From NCBI GenBank assembly GCA_942493105.1, contig OW818668.1:750001-782000 (forward strand): a DNA stretch of 32,000 nucleotides, given 5' to 3'. Below, one piece after another: positions 8,539 to 16,858 of this stretch. The position numbers were made by a program, and so were the translations under genes. Under the pieces are notes generated by a model. The model had not been told where the DNA came from. It did no database searches and saw nothing but the letters and a program-made list of their open reading frames with translations. Each line of letters starts with the position of its first letter. Within the stretch, counting starts at the first letter, position 1. Source of the stretch: an uncultured Erysipelotrichaceae bacterium. Its GTDB lineage: Bacteria > Bacillota_I > Bacilli_A > Erysipelotrichales > Erysipelotrichaceae.

Positions 8539-10224
8539 ATGAACAAGAAAATCAATCATTGGAAGAATTTTAAGGCACTCGATCCCACTCTCAAAGTTCT
8601 TTTAGAGAAAGCATCTGAATCAGAACTTCAAGATGCTTTTTATACTGATTTAGAATTTGGGACAGCCGGGATGCGTGGTCTCTTAGGTGCGGGAACCAAT
8701 CGGCTTAACATCTATACCATTCGTAAAGCCAATCTGGCTTTTGCGAGATACTTGCTTCAATATCCTAACGCAAAAGAACGCGGTGTTGCGATTGCTTATG
8801 ACAATCGTCATATGTCCAAAGAGTTTGCCATGGAATCCGCAACCGTCCTGGCTAAGAATGGAATCAAAGCCTATGTCTTTTCTAGTTTAAGACCAACCCC
8901 GGAATTATCTTATGCGGTCAGGTTGTTGAATTGTGAAGGAGGCATCGTCGTAACGGCTTCACACAATCCAAAAGAATATAATGGTTATAAGGTTTATGAT
9001 GAGAATGGCTGCCAATTGGTACCAGAACTCATCGATCAAGTCATAAAAGAAAGCAAGGCCATTGAGGATGAATTATCCATTGATGTATCCTTATCTGATG
9101 AACAAAAGAAACTCATCCATATCATTGATAAAGAAGTTGATGAACCTTATTTAAAGGCTGTTTTAGGATGCCAACTCAGACCTGATCAAGATAAATCCAA
9201 GGTAAAACTGATATTTACCCCGCAACATGGAACTGCCAATATTTTGGTTCGCGAAAGTCTAACCAAAGCAGGATATCATTTTGTCCCTTTATTGAGCCAG
9301 TGTGATCCTGATCCTGATTTCTCTAACACGAAATCTCCTAATCCGGAAGAAAAGATCGCCTATGAAGGCGCAATTGAATTAGCGAAACTTGAAAAAGCAG
9401 ATGCGGTCTTAAGCACAGATCCTGATGCGGATCGCTTAGGGGTCGCGGTTCTTCATAACAATGAGTATGTCTTATTGACAGGCAATCAAACTGGATCGAT
9501 TCTAATTGACTATCTGTTTATGACACGCAGAGAACTGAGTAAAATGCCTGAGTATCCTGTCATGTTTAACACGATCGTGACCTCTGACTTGGGTGAAAAA
9601 ATCGCAACGCATTATGGGGTTGAAACCGAAAAGACCTTAACTGGCTTTAAATTTATCGGAGACAAGATCGCTAAGTATGAAATCAATCAGAAAAAGAACT
9701 TTGTCTTTGGATATGAAGAATCTTATGGGTATCTGTTTGAACCTTTCGTAAGAGACAAGGATGCGATCCAAGCATGCTTGATATTAGCAGAGTGTATTAC
9801 CTATCATAAAAACAATGGAATGACCTTGGTAGATGTCTTAAATGGTTTATATGCGAAATTTGGAACTCATCTTGAAGATCAAGTATCTTTAACTTTAAAA
9901 GGTGAAGAAGGGGCTCAACGCATCAAAGCCATTCTTGATCATTTCAGAACGGAAGTCATTGATGATTTTGCAGGTATCAAAGTTGTGGTCAAAGAAGATT
10001 ATATGACTTCTTTAAAGATAAGCAAAGATCAAGTAACAGTCTTAGATTTCCCGAAATCCGATGTGATCAAGTATTTTCTAGAAGACGGATCATGGATCGC
10101 CATACGTCCTTCAGGAACAGAACCAAAGTGTAAATTCTATTTCTGTATCGTAGCGCCTAATCAAAGTGCCGTACAACATAAATTTGAATCCATTAAAAAA
10201 GATTTGCAGAAGCACTATCAATAA
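8539..10224 (+). CDS. pgcA: Alpha-phosphoglucomutase (PgcA-type phosphohexomutase)
   Basis: 561 aa. Catalytic loop TASHNPKEYNGYK, metal loop STDPDADRLG, sugar loop FGYEESYGY, phosphate loop RPSGTEPK. Confidence 0.9.
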   Translation: MNKKINHWKNFKALDPTLKVLLEKASESELQDAFYTDLEFGTAGMRGLLGAGTNRLNIYTIRKANLAFARYLLQYPNAKERGVAIAYDNRHMSKEFAMESATVLAKNGIKAYVFSSLRPTPELSYAVRLLNCEGGIVVTASHNPKEYNGYKVYDENGCQLVPELIDQVIKESKAIEDELSIDVSLSDEQKKLIHIIDKEVDEPYLKAVLGCQLRPDQDKSKVKLIFTPQHGTANILVRESLTKAGYHFVPLLSQCDPDPDFSNTKSPNPEEKIAYEGAIELAKLEKADAVLSTDPDADRLGVAVLHNNEYVLLTGNQTGSILIDYLFMTRRELSKMPEYPVMFNTIVTSDLGEKIATHYGVETEKTLTGFKFIGDKIAKYEINQKKNFVFGYEESYGYLFEPFVRDKDAIQACLILAECITYHKNNGMTLVDVLNGLYAKFGTHLEDQVSLTLKGEEGAQRIKAILDHFRTEVIDDFAGIKVVVKEDYMTSLKISKDQVTVLDFPKSDVIKYFLEDGSWIAIRPSGTEPKCKFYFCIVAPNQSAVQHKFESIKKDLQKHYQ

Positions 10225-10235
10225 AGGAGAAGCTC

Positions 10236-12059
10236 ATGCGTCAACAGATCATCAGACAGTTTCATGAAGGACATTGTTTGGATGCTCATAAAGTATATGG
10301 AGCTCATTTTGAGAAAGAAAATGAACAAAGTGGAGTAAGGTTCAGTGTTTTTGCACCAGCAGCACAACGCGTTCAAGTATCAGGTTCATTTAATTCTTGG
10401 AGCGAGATCGATCTTGATCGTGAAGAAGATGGAACATGGACTAAATTTATCCATGGCATTCAAGAATGGTCATTGTACAAATATAAAATTCAAAAGAATG
10501 ATGGAACATGGATCGAAAAAAGTGACCCCTATGCTTTCGCAAGTGAAGTTCGTCCTAAGGTGGGTAATCTCGTCGTTGATTTAGGCGGTTTTGCCTGGGG
10601 CGATAAAACATGGATCAGCAAACGCCGTAAGCATTTTGATGAACCCATGAACATCTATGAACTGCATTTAGGCAGTTGGATGAAACGTGATGGTTTATTT
10701 TGGATGAATTATGAAGAATTGGTTCATCATCTCATCCCTTATATCAAAGATATGGGTTATACCCATATTGAACTAATGCCTCTGATAGAACATCCTTTTG
10801 ATGGAAGCTGGGGTTATCAGGCCCATGGTTATTTCTCCCTTACTTCACGCTATGGGACACCTAAACAGTTCATGCATCTTATCAATCAGTGCCATATCAA
10901 CAATATTGGCGTCATCCTTGATTTTGTACCTGTTCATTATGTCAAAGATGATTTTGGACTAAGATATTTTGACGGATCCGCCTTGTATGAATATCCACAT
11001 GAAAAAGATGCGAACAGTCAGTGGGATACCATGAACTTTGACTTAGGTAAAGAAGAAGTCAGATCCTTTATGATGTCTTCTGCTTCCTTTTGGATAGAAA
11101 CCTATCATATCGATGGTTTACGTGTCGATGCGGTCAGTAATCTTATTTATTGGCACGGAAATAAATCAAACGGGTCAAATGAAGGGGCTGTCGCTTTTAT
11201 TCGCAGACTCAATTATTACCTCAATGTGAGATATCCTGGAATAACCATGATTGCGGAAGATTCTTCTGATTTCCCTAAAGTGACCCATCCTACCACAGAT
11301 ATGGGTTTAGGCTTTGATTATAAATGGGATATGGGATGGATGAATGATACCTTAAGGTATTATGCCCTAGATCCGATTTATCGCCAATTTCATCATCATC
11401 AATTAACTTTTTCAATGGCTTATTTCTACGCTGAGAATTTTATCTTACCACTATCTCATGATGAAGTCGTTCATGGGAAAGGGACCATCATCAATAAGAT
11501 GTGGGGCTCTTATGAACAGAAGTTCTCGCAAGTACGTAATCTATATTTATATATGATGACCCATCCAGGCAAGAAATTGAACTTCATGGGCAATGAATTG
11601 GCTCAGTTTAAGGAATTCGATGAGAAGGTAGAATTGGATTGGTTCTTGATGGGCTTTGAAAACCACAACAGGTTTCATCGTTATATAAGAGACTTAAATC
11701 ACATCTACTTCTATCACAGTTGTTTAAGCAAAAAAGATTATTCGCACAAAGGCTTTAAGTGGATCGATGCGGATAATGCGGCACAAAGTATTTATTGTTA
11801 CTTCAGAGAAGATGAGCATTCTTGCATCATCGTTATTTTAAACATGACTCCTAATGCGTTTGAGCACTATCGAATTGGAGTACCATATCCTGGTCTCTAT
11901 ACTGAAATCATGAATACTGAAAAGGATATTTATAATGGCAATAACATGTGTAATTACTTCCCAATCAATACGGAAGACTATCCTTCGCATGGCTATTTAC
12001 AAAGCATCAACGTCAGGATCGCACCTTTTGCTGGGATCCTGTTTGAATGTCGTCGATAA
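10236..12059 (+). CDS. glgB: 1,4-alpha-glucan branching enzyme (GH13_9, short Firmicute form)
   Basis: 607 aa. GH13 regions LDFVPVHY, GLRVDAVSN, MIAEDSS and LSHDEVVHGK, plus the typical WGYQ motif. RBS AAGGAG precedes the ATG. Confidence 0.92.
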   Translation: MRQQIIRQFHEGHCLDAHKVYGAHFEKENEQSGVRFSVFAPAAQRVQVSGSFNSWSEIDLDREEDGTWTKFIHGIQEWSLYKYKIQKNDGTWIEKSDPYAFASEVRPKVGNLVVDLGGFAWGDKTWISKRRKHFDEPMNIYELHLGSWMKRDGLFWMNYEELVHHLIPYIKDMGYTHIELMPLIEHPFDGSWGYQAHGYFSLTSRYGTPKQFMHLINQCHINNIGVILDFVPVHYVKDDFGLRYFDGSALYEYPHEKDANSQWDTMNFDLGKEEVRSFMMSSASFWIETYHIDGLRVDAVSNLIYWHGNKSNGSNEGAVAFIRRLNYYLNVRYPGITMIAEDSSDFPKVTHPTTDMGLGFDYKWDMGWMNDTLRYYALDPIYRQFHHHQLTFSMAYFYAENFILPLSHDEVVHGKGTIINKMWGSYEQKFSQVRNLYLYMMTHPGKKLNFMGNELAQFKEFDEKVELDWFLMGFENHNRFHRYIRDLNHIYFYHSCLSKKDYSHKGFKWIDADNAAQSIYCYFREDEHSCIIVILNMTPNAFEHYRIGVPYPGLYTEIMNTEKDIYNGNNMCNYFPINTEDYPSHGYLQSINVRIAPFAGILFECRR

Positions 12060-12071
12060 TAAATTGAGTGT

Positions 12072-12108
12072 AAGGCACGTTTTATGATAAAATTAGCACG
12101 TGCTTTTT
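12072..12108 (+). terminator. Hairpin plus T-tract between glgB and glgP (terminator or partial terminator)
   Basis: GCACGT (12075-12080) pairs with ACGTGC (12098-12103) across a 17-nt loop, extendable by A:T and G:U pairs, and is followed by TTTTT. The T-tract runs straight into the glgP RBS AAGGAGG. Confidence 0.5.
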
Positions 12109-12121
12109 AAGGAGGTCCCAG

Positions 12122-14524
12122 ATGTTTAAGGACAAATATGAATTTAAGCGTGATTTTACACAACGGGTTATAGAGAACTACGGCCGTTCAGTTGCGGAGT
12201 CGCATCGTACGGAACGCTATATGGTATTGGGCGAAATGGTCAGAGATTATGCTTCTATTCACTGGAAACACACCAAAGAAGAAGTGGCACAATTAGAAGC
12301 CAAACAGATGGTCTATTTTTCAATGGAATTCTTGATTGGGCGTTTATTGACCAATAATCTTATGAATTTAGGCATCTATGACGTCGTCAAAGATGGGTTA
12401 AGTGAACTCGATATCGATCTTAATCAATTAGAAGACATGGAATCTGATGCGGGCTTAGGTAATGGTGGTTTAGGTCGCCTGGCTGCATGTTTCATGGATT
12501 CATTGGCTTCTATGAGTTTACCGGGTCACGGGAACTGTATTCGTTATGAATATGGTCTTTTTAAACAAAAGATCGTGGATGGATATCAAGTTGAAGTTCC
12601 TGATCAATGGCTTAGGTTAGGTAATGTATGGGAAGTTCGTAAACCTAAACATGCGGTAGAAGTTAAATTCTGGGGCAGAATCGAAATGCAGAAAGGCGAA
12701 GGTCAAGAAATCATATTCAATCATGTTGGATATGAATCTGTTTTAGCTGTGCCTTATGATATGCCTGTCGTTGGGCGAGGTACAGATACCACCAACACTT
12801 TACGTTTATGGTCTGCTGAAGCTTCAGACAATTTACCGACCGATCTTGACTTTAGAAAATACATCAATGAAGTCCGTGAGATCTGTCAAAATGTTTATCC
12901 GGATGATTCTACTGAACATGGCCGTTTCTTACGCCTCAAACAACAATACTTCTTTGTATGTGCCGGTATTGGTTCAAACATCAAAGCTCATTTAAGAGTG
13001 TATCCAGATTTAACCAATATGGCAGATAAGCTTGTTTTTCAGCTTAATGATACCCATCCTATTTTAGCGATACCTGAATTGATGCGTGTCCTTATGGATG
13101 AACATCACTTTACCTGGGATGAAGCTTGGCCGATCGTCTCTAAAATATTTGCCTATACCAATCATACGGTCATGGCTGAAGCACTTGAGAAATGGCCGAT
13201 CGACACAGTTCAAAGATTATTACCCAGGATATATATGATCATTGAAGAAATCAATCGTCGCTTTATTGAAGGTGTACGTCGTCAATATCCACAAATGAAT
13301 GACCTTATTAACCGTGTTTCCATCATTCGCGATGGACAAGTTCATATGGCCAGTTTAGGTATCGTATCTGCTTTCTCAGTCAATGGGGTTGCGAAACTAC
13401 ATACCGAAATCTTGATTCAAGATGTCTTCAAAGATTTCTATTTACTCTTCCCTGAGAAATTCAACAATAAAACCAATGGGATCACCCATCGTAGATGGTT
13501 GGTTTATTCTAATCCGCAACTTAAAAAACTTTTAGATGAAACTATTGGTTCAGATTATATCTATGAACCTGCCACATTATCAAAATTGATGGCTTATGTT
13601 GATTCACCCCAAATCCAAAAAGCATTCTTGGAAGTCAAGGCTCAACGTAAACAAATCTTAGCTGCGCATATCGAAAAAACTTTAGGCATTAAAGTCGATC
13701 AAAACTCCATCTTTGATGTTCAAGCGAAGAGATTACATGCTTATAAAAGACAACTTTTAAATGTAATGCATATCATCTATTTGATTCAAAAGATCAAAAA
13801 AGATCCAAGCTTTACCATGACCCCAAGAACCTTTATCTTTGCGGCCAAAGCAGCTCCAGCTTACTATTTTGCGAAGAAAGTCATTAAACTCATCCACAGT
13901 GTTGGCCAAGTCGCTAACAATGATCCAGCAATATCAAAATACATCAAAGTAGTTTTCTTGCCTAACTATAATGTTTCAACAGCAGAGATATTGATGAATG
14001 CAGCAGATGTGTCTGAACAGATCTCAACAGCAGGTAAAGAAGCCAGTGGTACCGGAAATATGAAATTCATGATGAATGGGGCCATTACTTTAGGAACCTT
14101 AGATGGGGCTAATGTGGAGATCCATGAACACGTAGGTCCAGAATATGATGTTATATTCGGATTGAAAGTCAATGAAATTCAAGATCTTAAGTTTAAAGGC
14201 TATAGTGTGTGGGATCAATACAACAATGATCTTGAACTTAAAGCGGTCATCGATGCCTTGATTGATGGTTCTTTCCATGAGAATCGCGAAGAATTCAAGA
14301 TGATTTATGATGAGCTGATGTTTAGAAATGATGAATATTTCTTGTTGGCAGATTTTAGAGCCTATGTCCAAGCACAAGAAGAAGTTCAACGCAGATATAA
14401 TGATCAAACATATTGGGCCAAGATGTGTCTTGTCAATATCGCTCAATCCGGCTTCTTCTCAACTGATCGTACGATCAAACAATATGCAGATGAGATCTGG
14501 CATATAGAACCTTTAGAAAACTAA
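12122..14524 (+). CDS. glgP: Alpha-glucan (glycogen/maltodextrin) phosphorylase, GT35
   Basis: 800 aa. PLP-lysine motif EASGTGNMKFMMNGA, plus GLGNGGLGRLAACF and TNHTVMAEALE motifs. Confidence 0.95.
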   Translation: MFKDKYEFKRDFTQRVIENYGRSVAESHRTERYMVLGEMVRDYASIHWKHTKEEVAQLEAKQMVYFSMEFLIGRLLTNNLMNLGIYDVVKDGLSELDIDLNQLEDMESDAGLGNGGLGRLAACFMDSLASMSLPGHGNCIRYEYGLFKQKIVDGYQVEVPDQWLRLGNVWEVRKPKHAVEVKFWGRIEMQKGEGQEIIFNHVGYESVLAVPYDMPVVGRGTDTTNTLRLWSAEASDNLPTDLDFRKYINEVREICQNVYPDDSTEHGRFLRLKQQYFFVCAGIGSNIKAHLRVYPDLTNMADKLVFQLNDTHPILAIPELMRVLMDEHHFTWDEAWPIVSKIFAYTNHTVMAEALEKWPIDTVQRLLPRIYMIIEEINRRFIEGVRRQYPQMNDLINRVSIIRDGQVHMASLGIVSAFSVNGVAKLHTEILIQDVFKDFYLLFPEKFNNKTNGITHRRWLVYSNPQLKKLLDETIGSDYIYEPATLSKLMAYVDSPQIQKAFLEVKAQRKQILAAHIEKTLGIKVDQNSIFDVQAKRLHAYKRQLLNVMHIIYLIQKIKKDPSFTMTPRTFIFAAKAAPAYYFAKKVIKLIHSVGQVANNDPAISKYIKVVFLPNYNVSTAEILMNAADVSEQISTAGKEASGTGNMKFMMNGAITLGTLDGANVEIHEHVGPEYDVIFGLKVNEIQDLKFKGYSVWDQYNNDLELKAVIDALIDGSFHENREEFKMIYDELMFRNDEYFLLADFRAYVQAQEEVQRRYNDQTYWAKMCLVNIAQSGFFSTDRTIKQYADEIWHIEPLEN

Positions 14525-14546
14525 ACAGCGAAAGCTGTTTTTGTTT
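14524..14546 (+). terminator. Rho-independent terminator after glgP
   Basis: AACAGC-GAAA-GCTGTT (GNRA-type tetraloop) followed by TTTTGTTT, starting in the stop codon. Confidence 0.7.
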
Positions 14547-14567
14547 CTATGAGATATAAACCAAGCT

Positions 14568-14605
14568 TATAATCACCTTGTATTGCCTTTAAAACAAGGT
14601 ATAAT
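14568..14605 (+). promoter_or_regulatory. Candidate pullulanase promoter region with an inverted repeat
   Basis: -35 TTGTAT (14578-14583), 16-nt spacer, -10 TATAAT (14600-14605). A second TATAAT lies at 14568-14573. Inverted repeat ACCTTGT (14575-14581) / ACAAGGT (14594-14600) spans the spacer. Confidence 0.5.
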
Positions 14606-14611
14606 TTAACC

Positions 14612-16738
14612 GTGAGAAAAACAGTTCGCTATGAGGCCCATCTTGATGATTATGGCCTGATTACGATATACCTATCCCGCCAGTTCTATAACGGCAAATC
14701 CGATGTTTTTTATTTGAAGAAACCTGATGGTGCTTTAAGTAAGTGCCAGATCTTAAGCTTTGAGTTCTCTCAAGGTGACTACAACAAATACACCATACAA
14801 ACCTTAGAATCCATCGAGATCGGTCAGCCTTATGAGGTCACTGAGGAACATGGACTTAAAGTCCCTTTACAGTATTCTTTGATTACGAAGACTGCTCGAT
14901 TTGATCAAGAGTTCTATTATGATGGGGATGATTTAGGAGTTCATCCTTCCAAAGAAGCGACTGATTTTGCGTTATGGGCACCAACAGCGTCACGTGTTAC
15001 TTTAGAACTCATCGATAAACCTAGAAAAAGCTATGAGATGGAAAGAACCGATAAAGGAGTCTTCCGTCATCATAGTTCCACTAATCTTCATGGGAAGAAA
15101 TATGTATACAATATTCTAGTGAATGGCTCTTGGAATACCACCACAGACCCAGTTGCGAGATCGGCGACTTCCAATAACTCTGCCAGTGTCATCATAGACT
15201 ATAGACAAGTTGAAGTAGAGCGTTTTAGTCAGAATTTGCCGCTCATGTCTAAAGTGACCGATGCGATCATTTATGAATTGAGTATACGTGATTTTAGTGC
15301 TCAACCGGAATCTGGGATCAGTGCCAGAAGTCAATTTTTAGGTTTGTGTGAACTTGATACCAAGACCCCTAACGGCTCAAAAAGCGGTTTAAGCCATATC
15401 GTTGATTTAGGGGTAACCCATGTCCAAATCATGCCGATGTTTGATTTTTCAACGGTGGATGAAGACAATCCTTCAACCTTTTATAACTGGGGATATGATC
15501 CACTTCAATACAATGTGCCAGAAGGCAGTTTTAGTTCTGATCCTAAGGATCCAATTAAACGTGTCTTAGAGGCAAGGACCATGATTCAAGCTTTCCATAA
15601 ACAAGGCATTCGAGTCATTATGGATGTGGTCTATAACCATGTTTATGAGATGGAATCCAATGCTTTTGAGAAAGTCGTACCTTATTATTATTTCAGAAGA
15701 TCTGCTTCAGGTGCCTTATCCAATGGTTCCTTCTGTAACAATGATGTGGATTCAAATCGATTGATGGTCCGCAAGTTTATTCTAGATAGTTGTAAATGCT
15801 GGATGGAAGCTTATGATGTTGATGGATTCAGATTTGATCTTATGGGTGTTTTAGACATCGATACGATGAATGCAATTGAAGCTCAATCTAAAGCACTAAA
15901 ACCAGACAGTATGATCTATGGTGAAGGCTGGAATATGCCGACAATTCTACCTGAAGAAATGAAAGCCAATATGGGTAATCAATCCAAGATGCCACATATT
16001 GCACATTTCAATGACTTCTTTAGAGAACATGTTAAAGGTAGAACGTCACCCAATGAGATCACGATAAAAGGATATTGTGCAGGAGACACTTCATATATAG
16101 ATGCCATGAAAGCAGCTATGACAGGCAATTGTTTACCTGGTTTAGTTAAGATTTTTGATCAACCAACTCAAAGCGTCAATTATGTAGAATGTCATGATAA
16201 TCATACTTCGTGGGATAAATTGAAAGAGTGCTGTAAAGAAGACCCACGTGAAATTAGAATCAAGAAACATAAACTGATGATTGGGTCTGTTCTATTAGCT
16301 CAAGGCATCCCTTTCTTACACAGTGGACAAGAATTCTGCCGAACAAAAAATGGACAACACAACTCATATCGAAGTTCTGATGCGATCAATCAAATCGATT
16401 GGATCCGTAAAGAACGACACATGGATGTGGTTCAATACACCAAAGATATGATCGCATTGCGTAAACAGCTGCCTGTATTTAGAATGAAAACAAGTTCAGC
16501 CATTGAAAAAAGAGTCTCCTTTAGAAACTTCGATGGGATGCTTGTGATTCATTATCTTTGTGAGAAGAAAAATCCTTATCATGAAGTCTGGATCTATATC
16601 AATCCTACCAATCAAATCTATTACGAAAGATTTGATGACTATGTAGAAATATTAGCCAATGAGGCTGGGCTAATAGAAGATGTCAAAGTTCAAAACACAA
16701 CGATCAATCCATATACCTTAGTTGTATTTGCTAGGTAG
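14612..16738 (+). CDS. Type I pullulanase / debranching enzyme (GH13_14, AmyX-like), no signal peptide
   Basis: 708 aa with a GTG start. Pullulanase signature YNWGYDP. GH13 regions MDVVYNHVY, GFRFDLMG, YGEGWN and YVECHDNHT. From memory, the N-terminus aligns with B. subtilis AmyX (RKTVRYEAHLDDYGLITI). Confidence 0.88.
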   Translation: MRKTVRYEAHLDDYGLITIYLSRQFYNGKSDVFYLKKPDGALSKCQILSFEFSQGDYNKYTIQTLESIEIGQPYEVTEEHGLKVPLQYSLITKTARFDQEFYYDGDDLGVHPSKEATDFALWAPTASRVTLELIDKPRKSYEMERTDKGVFRHHSSTNLHGKKYVYNILVNGSWNTTTDPVARSATSNNSASVIIDYRQVEVERFSQNLPLMSKVTDAIIYELSIRDFSAQPESGISARSQFLGLCELDTKTPNGSKSGLSHIVDLGVTHVQIMPMFDFSTVDEDNPSTFYNWGYDPLQYNVPEGSFSSDPKDPIKRVLEARTMIQAFHKQGIRVIMDVVYNHVYEMESNAFEKVVPYYYFRRSASGALSNGSFCNNDVDSNRLMVRKFILDSCKCWMEAYDVDGFRFDLMGVLDIDTMNAIEAQSKALKPDSMIYGEGWNMPTILPEEMKANMGNQSKMPHIAHFNDFFREHVKGRTSPNEITIKGYCAGDTSYIDAMKAAMTGNCLPGLVKIFDQPTQSVNYVECHDNHTSWDKLKECCKEDPREIRIKKHKLMIGSVLLAQGIPFLHSGQEFCRTKNGQHNSYRSSDAINQIDWIRKERHMDVVQYTKDMIALRKQLPVFRMKTSSAIEKRVSFRNFDGMLVIHYLCEKKNPYHEVWIYINPTNQIYYERFDDYVEILANEAGLIEDVKVQNTTINPYTLVVFAR

Positions 16739-16815
16739 TAAATATAATCATTATTAAAATAAAAACAGTTTTTCTTCTTTGATTTGATGTTTATGCAAAA
16801 TCCAGTTTAAACATT

Positions 16816-16821
16816 TATAAT
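16816..16821 (+). promoter_or_regulatory. -10 box (TATAAT) of a candidate promoter for the oligo-1,6-glucosidase gene
   Basis: Perfect TATAAT 38 nt upstream of ATG 16859, with GGAG RBS at 16850-16853. No convincing -35 box. Confidence 0.4.
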
Positions 16822-16858
16822 ACAGTTAAACAATAAATTAGAAAGAACTGGAGAAAAA

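Noticed and set aside
8373-8555. 60-aa minus-strand ORF spanning the ptsH 3' end and its terminator
   Set aside because: It overlaps the conserved HPr gene and the terminator hairpin, and has no RBS or recognisable motif.
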